Origin: a virus
Lineage: Duplodnaviria; Caudoviricetes
Reading direction: 5' to 3' (one strand)
IMG/VR virus record: IMGVR_UViG_3300017910_000654
Coordinates: 1 to 56,825 of that record
Length of the DNA stretch: 56,825 nucleotides
Of this stretch, positions 26,483 through 36,615 are shown piece after piece. The notes under the pieces were generated by a model. The model ran no database searches, was not told the DNA's origin, and saw nothing but the letters and a program-made list of their open reading frames with translations. The translations under genes and the position numbers were made by a program. Every line of letters begins with the position of its first letter. The stretch's first letter is position 1.

Positions 26483-27316
26483 TTACGGGAACGATTTCAT
26501 TATCTCCGACTCAACAGCAAACAACTCTGATGCTGCAGTAATAGTGTTAGGCAACTCAAGCTTAATTTCAGCAAAGTGACCAAGTATACCGTGAGACTCA
26601 GCGATAGGGTTTTTGATAAACAAGAAATAGTCTGTTTGGTTTGGTGGGGGTGTTGCACCCACTACAGTTGTATCAACAACTATTTGATTAAGACCATTGG
26701 GTAGGTCTACATTAATTTGTGTTACCGCTCCTGCAAAGATAGGCGTTGATGTGGCAGGTGGGGTAGATGGCGTAGCATAATAAAGATTGTCGCCCACACT
26801 GATAATGCTACCTATGTTTACGGATGTTGCAAAGTTTACATTAACAGCTACACCTGCTCCCGCCACACTTAAACTGCTTGAAATACCATTCAAGGAACGC
26901 AGCTCCCATTCAGACTCCACCGTGTTTGCTCCTGTTGGTCCATTGTTTCTAACAAATGCAAACCACGCAGCCTCCTTCTTTTCAAAGTATGAAGCCTCAA
27001 TAAGACCTGTGGTCTGAAGGTCAGATACTATGGTAGCTTTCCAAGCATCGTCACCCTCCAAATTTATCGTCTTGAATATTTTATTTTGAAGAGGGGCATC
27101 GTTAAATACGGTTGTTATGCTTGACGAAACAACAGGGTCGCCATAAAAAGAGTTCCTGCTAACAGCATCACTATTGTGTCTGTAAAGATTTCCACCCTTA
27201 AACGTATACAGGTACTGATTCATACCAACGATAAAGTCAGGAATATATGAATAGAACGATGGAAACCCTTTGGAACTCTCGCTATACGTTATTGTAAAAG
27301 GCGTTGTTACTGACAT
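26483..27316 (-). CDS. Tail structural protein
   Basis: Beta-rich; tail cluster context. Confidence 0.6.
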   Translation of the reverse strand: MSVTTPFTITYSESSKGFPSFYSYIPDFIVGMNQYLYTFKGGNLYRHNSDAVSRNSFYGDPVVSSSITTVFNDAPLQNKIFKTINLEGDDAWKATIVSDLQTTGLIEASYFEKKEAAWFAFVRNNGPTGANTVESEWELRSLNGISSSLSVAGAGVAVNVNFATSVNIGSIISVGDNLYYATPSTPPATSTPIFAGAVTQINVDLPNGLNQIVVDTTVVGATPPPNQTDYFLFIKNPIAESHGILGHFAEIKLELPNTITAASELFAVESEIMKSFP

Positions 27317-27326
27317 AGTTTATTTT

Positions 27327-28487
27327 TTATGGGCAGGTTGTTATGCTTGTTATTACTCCGTTGGCATCAACCACAATAGTTTTCTTGCCCGATGATGGAT
27401 TTATGGTGTAAGTGCCTGCCGCTACTCTCTGTGTTCCATACTCATCCCGAACAAAGAACTCGTGTATTGCAGGCTCACCCGCTGTGCCACCTCTATTCTT
27501 AACGTTATAAAATGTATTAGGGAAATCACTTCCACACGTCTCGCCCGCATTACTTGTAGGGACACCTGTCAAAAGAACAGGGCAAACTATCTCAACGTTC
27601 CAACCCGTTGAAGCACACGGACCAACAAACTCAGCAAGCACATCAGACGGACTAGCAGAAAGCTTAGGCACGTATACCGTTGCCCATCCGGGGTCGGTTG
27701 CAGATGTTTGAATATCACCTGAAGGGAGAGCACCTGCTCCACCCGAACCTGTTATAACGCCCGAGTCAATCTCGTAGGTCTCAGGTGTCGCAGTAAAGAT
27801 GTCAGCAGCAAGTGTAAGCTGTTGAGCCGCTACCACAGTAACGGTAGTTTGTGTGGTTGTTGTGGTGTTGCGAACAACATCACCAACCTGAATACCGTCA
27901 GTAACAAAATTAGCTGAGGTGTCCACAAGATTATTGGCAAGCACACTTGTGTTTGTACCTGACGTTCCATAGTCTACCCAAGCACTACCGTTCCATCTAT
28001 ACTGCCTTTGTGCTGAGTATCCTCCACTATTAAGTGCCGCCTGTAAACCACAAGTAGTGGCATCGGCAGTAGTACCCATAAAGGTGTAGTTTGAGGTAGA
28101 CGCAGCACTTGCTTTGTATCCATCGTTTACAGTTGTAAACTGATTGAATGTTGTTCCATTGTATGTTACTCTCCCGCCATCAGGATTAGTTCCCGTTTCA
28201 AAATGAACTATAATACACCCTACATCGGTTGATGTATTAAAGTCTATACGGTAAACACCAACGGCACCACTCGGCGCATTTATTGTACCTGAGCACGCAA
28301 CAGCACACGATGGGCAAGACTGAACTATACCCAACACACTGTTGGGAAAGCCTGTCTGCTCTCTAGCTATCGTCCCGTCAGAGTACCACCCATCAGGTGC
28401 GGGTGTTGTTAACGCTGCATCTGAGTACACAAGAGTGGCTGTTTGGAGTGTGGGTCCGTTTAAATAATATGTTCCTGATGTTGCCAT
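27327..28487 (-). CDS. Cys/Thr/Gly-rich tail or virion surface protein
   Basis: Composition and context. Confidence 0.6.
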   Translation of the reverse strand: MATSGTYYLNGPTLQTATLVYSDAALTTPAPDGWYSDGTIAREQTGFPNSVLGIVQSCPSCAVACSGTINAPSGAVGVYRIDFNTSTDVGCIIVHFETGTNPDGGRVTYNGTTFNQFTTVNDGYKASAASTSNYTFMGTTADATTCGLQAALNSGGYSAQRQYRWNGSAWVDYGTSGTNTSVLANNLVDTSANFVTDGIQVGDVVRNTTTTTQTTVTVVAAQQLTLAADIFTATPETYEIDSGVITGSGGAGALPSGDIQTSATDPGWATVYVPKLSASPSDVLAEFVGPCASTGWNVEIVCPVLLTGVPTSNAGETCGSDFPNTFYNVKNRGGTAGEPAIHEFFVRDEYGTQRVAAGTYTINPSSGKKTIVVDANGVITSITTCP

Positions 28488-28499
28488 TTATTTTATTTT

Positions 28500-31400
28500 T
28501 TAGGTACAGTTACAGCAAACATCTGTAATTCCAACCGCAGAATAACACAGTGTGGCTTGTTGCTTATCTCTGTAATCATAAATTAAATATAAGTATTTGT
28601 CGCTTGACGCAGGCATTGTAAAGCTTCCTTGATATAGGTCGGGTCCTCCCGTTACAGGGGTTATCTGAGTTGCAAACGTCAACAGAGTGTTTATATCTGC
28701 CACAGTCTCATCATACAGTGTATTAGTTCTTAAGAACAGCAGGTCGTGCTGTGCGGTATTAAAATCAAAGTCATCACCACTAGCTGTAATTCTATTGCTT
28801 CTTACGCTCACTGTTGCACCGTCAGCAGGTATTATAGACCCACCTTGAGGAGTGGTTGGATTAGGATTAAGTGCGGTTGGTGTAGGTATTCTCAAGTACT
28901 GAGATATAACAAGACCTGCTCCACTACCTAGCGTTACTTGATTAGAATGTAAAGGAGAAACATAGGATGTGTCATCCCACCTGTACTCATTGTGTATCAA
29001 CTCACCTGAGTCGTCGTCAGAGCTTATGCAAATCTGAATAAGGCTCATCTCTAGTGCATCAGGGCAACTTACCTTAAGGTCAATAGTCGATTGATTTGTG
29101 GCACTTAAAGTAAAAAATGCCTTAGTTACACCAACCTTGTTCTTGTTAAATGTATAACTTCCTGTTCCGCCTGCAACAGGACCACTACTTGTAGTACTGC
29201 CATCATACGTTGACTGAATGGTTGAAGTGCCACTTACATTAGTAACATTGTACGTAACCGTTACGGTACCCACCAACTCGGTAAGGTCGACACAAAATGT
29301 TTGTGTAGTACCTTTGGCTCCCACTGCAAATACTTTTCTAAAGAAACAGTTTAAGCACTCCTCCTCTGCAGGTAGTTTGATGGTGTTTCCACTAAGAACA
29401 TACTCGTTCATATACGGGTCATATCCTCCTAACTTCTGAGTGTCGAAGTCCTGTATAAATAAATCTCTGAAGTAGCTACGCATACCCATCTCAGATATCA
29501 CAGTCAAATTTTCATTTTGTGAATTTGAACCCGATAGCTGAATTACTGCTCCACGCTTTGCATCTGTAAAGAATTTATTAGAACCCCACTTAGCAAAGCT
29601 TTCAGGGTTATTACTATTTCCATAATCTTCTATACGTGCAATCTGTGTGCCTAACACCTCGGGCACAGACGATACAGCACCACCACCCGTTGAGTCAGAC
29701 AGTAGGTTCTTGCCTGTAAGCACGTAAGATATCTTATCTTCTTGAAGAGTCAGTATGTCTGTCTCTCTACCATCCAACAATGTGATAGGTCCGTATGTAT
29801 CCTCAAGTGCTTTGAAGTTCAGCAAGCCAAGGTTAAACTCGTTTAGCTTGTTAACATTAGACTCGTCGTTGTATACTCCACTGTACGTTATATCAGCAAA
29901 CCTTCTAATCTCTCTGTAGTCCTCTGCCGAAGTAGTAGTTGTTCGGTTACCAATCTCAAGCGGTTTACCTATTATAGAGTCCTTAATCTTATAACTCTCT
30001 ACACCATTACCAAATGCAAAGCAGTTAAAGAACTCCGTAAGCACAATAGCAGGTTGCGATGCATTTTGATTCTGCTCGTTTCCTGTGTGGTATCCTGTAG
30101 CTGTATCAATTGGATATGACGTAGAACTTTCATACCACAAATCAGGTAAAGCATCTTGTGGCTGTGTTTCAAAAACCAAAAGATTGTCAGAGCGAAGTAC
30201 GCTAATTTTAACATTGATACAAGACTTTCTTTTTTTACCAACTCCACAAGCCAACGTACCTGTAACAATCAAACTTACTTCTCCAAAACCACTGCTCGTA
30301 TTAACATCATTTTCAAGAAACTGCCAATAGTTTTTGCATTCCTCACTAGGAACACTAGCTGCCGATTGACCCAAAGATGTTTTAAGTATTGTTGGAATAT
30401 ATACATTTTCAGGCTCGCATGCAGTAGGACTGTCAGTTCCTTTAGGTCCATTATTTAATAATGCAGCGACTCCGTCTCCTTCCCACCATTCAACAAAATT
30501 ATCGTAGTCTTGAGTAGCTGTAAGAGTTAAATCAACGTCAGGACCAAATCTTTGGCTACAAGCAAAAGCATTTCCTTTCCTTAAAAAGTCTGCTTTTATT
30601 TTAATACGAGAGCCCGATGGGATAGTGTATGTTATAAATGGAGCTGTTGTTGGAGTATAAGGCGAAGTCCCAACATTGGGGTTGTCTACAGACCCAATAG
30701 GTGTTTTAATTCTAGGTGCCACATTAACACCATTCTCACACGCTGAGGCTTTGCCCGGAGATACAAAAGGAAGGTCAGGCTGTTCAGTAGAAAAATTGTT
30801 TACACGCATTTGCATATATACTCCTGCAGGAACAGCCACCTCATTCCCTTGCGAGTCAACAGGTTTAGGAGAAATAAAATCTGCTTCCTTTGCTTCTTTG
30901 GCTAAAACTGTTGCTGTTTCACATCTATTAAGTGGACCACTTGTATCTCTTTTTACAATTAACTCATCCCCTGCCTCAACCTTTCTTGAGTTCTCTCCCT
31001 CAAGAATAAACCATTTAGTTCCTGATACAACATCAGTAAAAAATAAGTTAGTATATATAGTTTCGTAGGTATCCTTATCTGCCTTAATACAAAACTTATA
31101 TCTAGTAGCCCAAGATGGAGCTAACTGCTGAACAGGTATGGTTACCTTTATTCGATTGGTTAAATCAGCATTGCCGCACGGAACATACTCTGTGTTGTTT
31201 TCGCTAACTAATGCTGTACTAGAGCGATTAAAGTCATCCATATACACAATTCCAACTTCATACCCCCTATTGCTATGCAAACTTTTTGGATTGCCTAACT
31301 CTCTATATGTAACCTTGAGATTAGATATACCATAATATTCAAAAGCATTACTTGCTCCATCCTGATATTTCATTGCAGGAATTTGAAGAGAAATAATGTT

Positions 31401-33200
31401 TGATGTAGGCGCTGAAATTATTGCTACCGGCTGTGGCAATGACCCAATTCCACTTGATACTTTTGAATACGTCCCAAGCGTACTTGTAGATGCGCAGTTT
31501 AAAAAATCAGTAAGCGTTATACCATTGCAAGATTGAGACACATCTCTTATGCTACTTGCATCATAAATTGAATAAGCCTGTGGGGACGAAGTAAAAATAT
31601 CTCCATCTAACGTTAACTCGGTAGCTGCTACAGCAATTACAGCCGCCTGCTGATTTGTTGTATTATTTGTTACAAAGTCACCGACCTCTACACCATCCCC
31701 CGTAAAGTTGGCTCCTGAATCTACTAACTTGTTAAGAGTTGTACTTGTATTGCTTCCTACAGACTTTAAAATTAATTGACCTATTCTTCTAATAAAGTTA
31801 GGGTCTTGAGCCAAATCAAATGGACTCGCAAAGTCTTGCTGAAGAACATAATCAAAGTTGATAGATGTTACAGGAGTTGTCGCGCTGTTAAATGGCGCGC
31901 CCGTACCTGATGCAGTTCCATCATGTTCTATCGTAAATGATAAAGATAGTTGAGCCTCTGCTTTGAGTTCTACGCCTGAAAGGTCTATTTGTAAAACACA
32001 CGCATTAGGTACAACAATTCCATTTAACGTATAAGTACCTGATGTAGTTCCACTGCCTGTTAGTTCAACTTCTCCCACATCTTGCGTAAAAAGAGATGTA
32101 TCATACTCAAGCTTTACAGCATTTCCATTAAGGTCGGTAAGGTCGTACTGCTCCAAATAATTACCATACATTAACCTATTACCCATTAGTGTTTGAGCCT
32201 TGGCTAACTTAGGAACATTATCAAATAGCCTTAGTATCTCTGAGTCAGCAAGAACAGTAAACACCTTGCTATTGCTAAAAGTATACGTATAGTCAGTATT
32301 ATCTGCTAATCCAAGGTCAGACTTGTCAAGCTTTTCGATGACCTTTATAATGCCCGTGTTCATATCCTTGAACAACAGGTCTACGCCAACCACAAGCTCG
32401 CTACCACTATTATATGTTATGTCGCAAACGTTGGTGGAGTTCATCATACCCTCATTCAAAAAACTCTGCGTATCAAAGTCAAATGGTTTTGGTATAAAGG
32501 ATGGATTAGAAAACTGTGATGTAGCGGAGTACTCATTGTCTGCGTATCTATATCTGTAGGCAAATGATACAAACCTATCCTCTAAATAGTTATTCTCACT
32601 TGTGCTAGTAAGAGGTGCTATTGCAGGGGAGTTTATTGGTGGCTTCTTAATGACCAATAACTGCTCCGCTGTGAATTGGTCAATGTTTGTTATAGGTGCA
32701 TCGTAAGACCTTGTAACATTTATAAATCGTGGAGGGTTTCGGTCGTCGGTAAAAAACAATAGGTCGTCTACCTTGTTTATGCCTGTAATAAGATTTCTCT
32801 CATCAAAGTTTAAAGTTGTGTTTGTCCCCCCTCCATCATCAATACTTATAACGTGGTATGTTAATACATCAGTGTTTGTATTGTATGACATTATAAGGTC
32901 AAGCTTTCCTGTAGCTCCAACACTAAAAGATGGGTCGTGAACAAACCAATACAAGGTCTCGTCCTCACCCTCTTCAAATGCTCCTATGCATCTAGCGTTT
33001 GCAGAAAGATTCGTTCCATCAAATCCAATAGCGGTAAGTGCCTCGTTTCCTTTTGTGTTTTCAACCGAACCAATCTCAGAGTCTTCAGTAGACCCGAGTC
33101 TAACGTTCATAGCATCCACATATTCACCATTAGGCAAAAGCCTCTCGTCAAGGCTCTTGTTCATTCTACCCTTTATAAAATTTCTCTGCGTACTTGCCAT
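28500..33200 (-). CDS. Large tail nozzle/stabilisation-type protein, 1566 aa
   Basis: GRMNKSLDERLLPNGEY start; FAYRYRY; follows the adaptor genes. Confidence 0.65.
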   Translation of the reverse strand: MASTQRNFIKGRMNKSLDERLLPNGEYVDAMNVRLGSTEDSEIGSVENTKGNEALTAIGFDGTNLSANARCIGAFEEGEDETLYWFVHDPSFSVGATGKLDLIMSYNTNTDVLTYHVISIDDGGGTNTTLNFDERNLITGINKVDDLLFFTDDRNPPRFINVTRSYDAPITNIDQFTAEQLLVIKKPPINSPAIAPLTSTSENNYLEDRFVSFAYRYRYADNEYSATSQFSNPSFIPKPFDFDTQSFLNEGMMNSTNVCDITYNSGSELVVGVDLLFKDMNTGIIKVIEKLDKSDLGLADNTDYTYTFSNSKVFTVLADSEILRLFDNVPKLAKAQTLMGNRLMYGNYLEQYDLTDLNGNAVKLEYDTSLFTQDVGEVELTGSGTTSGTYTLNGIVVPNACVLQIDLSGVELKAEAQLSLSFTIEHDGTASGTGAPFNSATTPVTSINFDYVLQQDFASPFDLAQDPNFIRRIGQLILKSVGSNTSTTLNKLVDSGANFTGDGVEVGDFVTNNTTNQQAAVIAVAATELTLDGDIFTSSPQAYSIYDASSIRDVSQSCNGITLTDFLNCASTSTLGTYSKVSSGIGSLPQPVAIISAPTSNIISLQIPAMKYQDGASNAFEYYGISNLKVTYRELGNPKSLHSNRGYEVGIVYMDDFNRSSTALVSENNTEYVPCGNADLTNRIKVTIPVQQLAPSWATRYKFCIKADKDTYETIYTNLFFTDVVSGTKWFILEGENSRKVEAGDELIVKRDTSGPLNRCETATVLAKEAKEADFISPKPVDSQGNEVAVPAGVYMQMRVNNFSTEQPDLPFVSPGKASACENGVNVAPRIKTPIGSVDNPNVGTSPYTPTTAPFITYTIPSGSRIKIKADFLRKGNAFACSQRFGPDVDLTLTATQDYDNFVEWWEGDGVAALLNNGPKGTDSPTACEPENVYIPTILKTSLGQSAASVPSEECKNYWQFLENDVNTSSGFGEVSLIVTGTLACGVGKKRKSCINVKISVLRSDNLLVFETQPQDALPDLWYESSTSYPIDTATGYHTGNEQNQNASQPAIVLTEFFNCFAFGNGVESYKIKDSIIGKPLEIGNRTTTTSAEDYREIRRFADITYSGVYNDESNVNKLNEFNLGLLNFKALEDTYGPITLLDGRETDILTLQEDKISYVLTGKNLLSDSTGGGAVSSVPEVLGTQIARIEDYGNSNNPESFAKWGSNKFFTDAKRGAVIQLSGSNSQNENLTVISEMGMRSYFRDLFIQDFDTQKLGGYDPYMNEYVLSGNTIKLPAEEECLNCFFRKVFAVGAKGTTQTFCVDLTELVGTVTVTYNVTNVSGTSTIQSTYDGSTTSSGPVAGGTGSYTFNKNKVGVTKAFFTLSATNQSTIDLKVSCPDALEMSLIQICISSDDDSGELIHNEYRWDDTSYVSPLHSNQVTLGSGAGLVISQYLRIPTPTALNPNPTTPQGGSIIPADGATVSVRSNRITASGDDFDFNTAQHDLLFLRTNTLYDETVADINTLLTFATQITPVTGGPDLYQGSFTMPASSDKYLYLIYDYRDKQQATLCYSAVGITDVCCNCT

Positions 33201-33201
33201 A

Positions 33202-34125
33202 CTACTTTATCCATTTATCTCTGCCTCTCATATTCATTAAGAGTCTGCCGGGATGTATATTGCTTATTCTAATCTTTGCGTTTCTTAGTAACGCTCCTTT
33301 ACGCTTACGCGCCCTAGCAATGATATACTCCTGTACATTTAGCTTTGAGCTTAAGATAGAGTACTCGATGTAAGCGTAGATGTATTCCTCGAATAATTTA
33401 TTCAAGCTGATTGATGCGTTGTTTCCACCCTCCATTCCATCAGACACGTACTCAAGCACGCATACTTGATTAGCCATCTGAGAGTCGAAGTTTATTACAC
33501 CTCCTTTTTTGTTTATAGAGAAGGTAGGGTTGGCGTTTGCTGTTTCGGTGTTGAGTCCATATCGTGCTCCAATAGCGTAATCAAAATACCAACACCCATC
33601 GCAACAGTATCCTTCAAGACCATTAAAGGGGTTGCCGGAGTTTAGGTATATAGATTTTTTACTTCCTGTGATTCTTTCAAAATCTAAGTTTGAGTTCTCA
33701 GGGCTTAATGCGTTACCGTCTTGGTCAAACAGTATACGGCAGTCGTTGTCTTGTAGGTATGCGCTGCTCCAATTGGTTTGAATATTTTCAGTGAGTGGGT
33801 ATAGCATACCATCTTTAAAAACAGATATCCTAACCCAATTCACAAAGTCAGAAGGAAGAACGTATCGTAGTGTATTACAAACCGTAAGCTCAAGAATCTT
33901 AATCTCCTTAAACGCATCGTAGTTCAGCTCCTGTATGCCACGCTTCGCATGGAACAACACCTTGTATCTCTCCTCGTTATTTACAAGATTGTGGTTGCCC
34001 GAGTACATCAGCATGAAGTTGTTTACTATATCCTCTAAGCTAACGTACTGATACGACCCCCAATTGGCATTCTCGGGTGCGTTACCATTGTTCTCGTAAT
34101 ATTGATATTGTGATATATAAGACAT
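33202..34125 (-). CDS. Structural protein (neck/ring candidate)
   Basis: Context between capsid and nozzle genes. Confidence 0.55.
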   Translation of the reverse strand: MSYISQYQYYENNGNAPENANWGSYQYVSLEDIVNNFMLMYSGNHNLVNNEERYKVLFHAKRGIQELNYDAFKEIKILELTVCNTLRYVLPSDFVNWVRISVFKDGMLYPLTENIQTNWSSAYLQDNDCRILFDQDGNALSPENSNLDFERITGSKKSIYLNSGNPFNGLEGYCCDGCWYFDYAIGARYGLNTETANANPTFSINKKGGVINFDSQMANQVCVLEYVSDGMEGGNNASISLNKLFEEYIYAYIEYSILSSKLNVQEYIIARARKRKGALLRNAKIRISNIHPGRLLMNMRGRDKWIK

Positions 34126-34128
34126 CTA

Positions 34129-35109
34129 TTATTTACTTTTTCTAGTGGTTGTAGTCGCTGTAGTTACTTTTTCTTCTTGGTCATCATACATCTCAGCAGC
34201 CTGAGCAAACTGTACAGCCTGTAGCTCTCTGATTGACATACCCGCATACTGAAGAATCTTCATCACTAATGTTGGCTCATCATCCAACGGAAGCTCAAAG
34301 TCTTGGAAGTCAGGTTGCGATTGGTCAAACACAGGCTCACCTCCTGTCAAGTTAACATACGTCCATTTAGGGTCTTTCGGATATCTTAGGTACTGACATC
34401 TTACCATACCAAAGTCATTCACCGTATTTGGAAACAACGTAAGAACATCTTCGTTCTGCACGTAAGCGGGGAACATTGTTGATGGTGTTGTAAGCAAAGA
34501 GCGATTCAATAAAACAATCTTATCGTTCAACACACGCTCTGCCTCATTGAAACCATACTGCCCATCATACACTACGTATGCTTCAGGTGCAGCTAAGAAT
34601 ATACTCTCACTGATTGTTAGAGTGGTTGTCGTTACAGCATATACCGTAGCTCCTTTATTTGTTGCTGTATTAACCACAACATCACCCGTTTCAACACCTG
34701 CAGCCACAAAGTCTGCGGTAGCATCAACTAACTGAAAAGCACCTGATGCATCAGAGTCACCCGATGCCAACTGAGTGGTGTAAACAAAAACATTATTAAT
34801 AAAGAAGTAGTCGAAACCTGTTGTGGTTGCACTAGGCATGTCAAAGTTGTTCCCTCCTACGTGACTTAAAAAATCAAACCGAGAGAACGTATTGAGAACC
34901 TCCTCGTATCCTTTCTTAATATCCGCCAATGCCGTGCCCGAACGACGAGCATTCTCCGCGTTAACCTGATAGTTGTACTGATACTGATAGTCCTCAAAGA
35001 TATCAAGCTGCGCCTGCTTGGCGAACAAGTTAAAATCGGCAGGTGAGATATATCCGTAGTTATTCTTGTTCAGCACCGATAGCACTGTATTTCTAACCGA
35101 GTTTATCAT
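34129..35109 (-). CDS. Structural protein (head-tail adaptor/ring candidate)
   Basis: LNKNNYGYISPADFNLFA...YLRYPKDPKW; context. Confidence 0.6.
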   Translation of the reverse strand: MINSVRNTVLSVLNKNNYGYISPADFNLFAKQAQLDIFEDYQYQYNYQVNAENARRSGTALADIKKGYEEVLNTFSRFDFLSHVGGNNFDMPSATTTGFDYFFINNVFVYTTQLASGDSDASGAFQLVDATADFVAAGVETGDVVVNTATNKGATVYAVTTTTLTISESIFLAAPEAYVVYDGQYGFNEAERVLNDKIVLLNRSLLTTPSTMFPAYVQNEDVLTLFPNTVNDFGMVRCQYLRYPKDPKWTYVNLTGGEPVFDQSQPDFQDFELPLDDEPTLVMKILQYAGMSIRELQAVQFAQAAEMYDDQEEKVTTATTTTRKSK

Positions 35110-35140
35110 CTGCTAAAATATTTACCTAAAGATACAAAAT

Positions 35141-35167
35141 AAAAAAAGGGGTCGCTTTGACCCCTTT
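35141..35167 (-). terminator. Intrinsic terminator
   Basis: GGGGTC/GACCCC stem with a T-tail on the - strand. Confidence 0.8.
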
Positions 35168-35190
35168 AGTTAGTGATTTACAATAACGTC

Positions 35191-35460
35191 TTATGATATT
35201 CCGTTCACAACGCTACTTAACGTTAAAGGACCTATCGTTGATTCGGTATAACCCTGAGCCCAAACTGCAGCTACAGCATCGTTGATTGCATCAACATCAG
35301 CCTGAGTTGCTGCTGCCGATTGGTCAACAGTAACCGTCTTGTCTTTATAGTAAAGAGTAAGGTTTTCTGAACCAACAGCCCCTACTAATTCAGCGTATGT
35401 AATATCAGCACCAACGTAGTACTTATCAGCAGTGTTGTTTAAAATGATAAACTTTTCCAT
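35191..35460 (-). CDS. Small virion protein candidate (paralog of 35486..35761)
   Basis: ORF track; similar size and motif pattern. Confidence 0.65.
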   Translation of the reverse strand: MEKFIILNNTADKYYVGADITYAELVGAVGSENLTLYYKDKTVTVDQSAAATQADVDAINDAVAAVWAQGYTESTIGPLTLSSVVNGIS

Positions 35461-35485
35461 GGTATAAAAAATTAATGGTTAAAAA

Positions 35486-35761
35486 TTAAAACGAAAATAC
35501 AACTGTCGGAGCAGAACTAAGAGTTAATATCTTAGTAGTTGATGTCCATTTGCTCTGACTTAATCCAATAATTACATCTGCGAGTGCATCAGTGTCAGCG
35601 TCCGTATAAGGTGTTGACGAAGTAGTTAATGTAACTTTGCTTCCATCCACGTACTCTATTTGAAGGCGGTTACCCGCATTTTTTGAAAATTCTGCGATGC
35701 CTGTGGCAGAAATTTGATGCGTCGCCCCCGAAGAGTCAACGACTTTTAAAAACTTTTTCAT
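35486..35761 (-). CDS. Small virion protein candidate
   Basis: ORF track. Confidence 0.65.
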   Translation of the reverse strand: MKKFLKVVDSSGATHQISATGIAEFSKNAGNRLQIEYVDGSKVTLTTSSTPYTDADTDALADVIIGLSQSKWTSTTKILTLSSAPTVVFSF

Positions 35762-35791
35762 ATAAAAAATTATGAGTTAAAAAATACAGTA

Positions 35792-35799
35792 CAAAGATA
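35792..35799 (-). promoter_or_regulatory. -7 element TATCTTTG
   Basis: TAnnTTTG in an intergenic gap. Confidence 0.55.
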
Positions 35800-35805
35800 A
35801 TCGAA

Positions 35806-36546
35806 TTAATCTAACTGCTTTTCTAGGAACTGCAACACCTCAACGCCATCGTCGGTCTTAAACCAATCAGCTAAATACTCAATTGGGTCTACACCAAATG
35901 GAATGGTTGTCATTCTCTTTTTGTTACCCTTTAGGTTGAAGTGAACATCGCGGTCCTTGTTGCGAAGCCCTAATAACCTATCATCAAAAAACTTCTGAAT
36001 AGTAGACTGAAGCTTTAGCGATGGGTCTGAAACGGTTCGCATAAACGCCTGTGGGTTTCTCCTTGCAAATACCAATACATCACGACGAAGCTCGTCCGTA
36101 GATATAGTACTTACATCTCTTGAGAATAATACCCTTCCAACATTCTCAAGCTGCTCAAGGCTAAGTGACTTGGCTTCAATCAATGCATCAACCTCAATGT
36201 TTAACTGTGCAACCTCTTGTTGTGCATCTTTGCCATAGTCAACCTCAACAAACTTCTTTCCGTTAAGGGGATGGTAGTGTAGGAACTGTTGTAATACAGG
36301 ATTGTTCTTTGGAACTCGTAGCATGCCATCCTCAAAGATGATTGGCTCTACCACAGCACTGCCGTCCTGTTCGTCTTCAAAGCAGCTCTTTTGGTTTCTT
36401 GCGTAACGCAAAGCACGGTTGTAACCCTTCTCTTCATCAAAGTAAAGTAATGGACTACGTTGGCTATTTCTTGATGGGATAATACAAGACAGTGGAGTCT
36501 TGTTTCTTGTGAGTTTATATACTCTGTCTTTTAATTCAAAATTCAT
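35806..36546 (-). CDS. Conserved hypothetical protein downstream of the capsid gene
   Basis: ORF track. Confidence 0.75.
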   Translation of the reverse strand: MNFELKDRVYKLTRNKTPLSCIIPSRNSQRSPLLYFDEEKGYNRALRYARNQKSCFEDEQDGSAVVEPIIFEDGMLRVPKNNPVLQQFLHYHPLNGKKFVEVDYGKDAQQEVAQLNIEVDALIEAKSLSLEQLENVGRVLFSRDVSTISTDELRRDVLVFARRNPQAFMRTVSDPSLKLQSTIQKFFDDRLLGLRNKDRDVHFNLKGNKKRMTTIPFGVDPIEYLADWFKTDDGVEVLQFLEKQLD

Positions 36547-36566
36547 TTTAATTCAATTTAATTTTT

Positions 36567-36604
36567 AAAAAAAAGGGCGGAGTGTCCTTGAGGACACCCC
36601 ACCC
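36567..36604 (-). terminator. Capsid-gene terminator built around palindrome copy 14 (36582-36597)
   Basis: On - strand: GGGTGGGGTGTCCTCAAGGACACTCCGCCC followed by T8. Confidence 0.85.
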
Positions 36605-36615
36605 ATCTAGTAATA

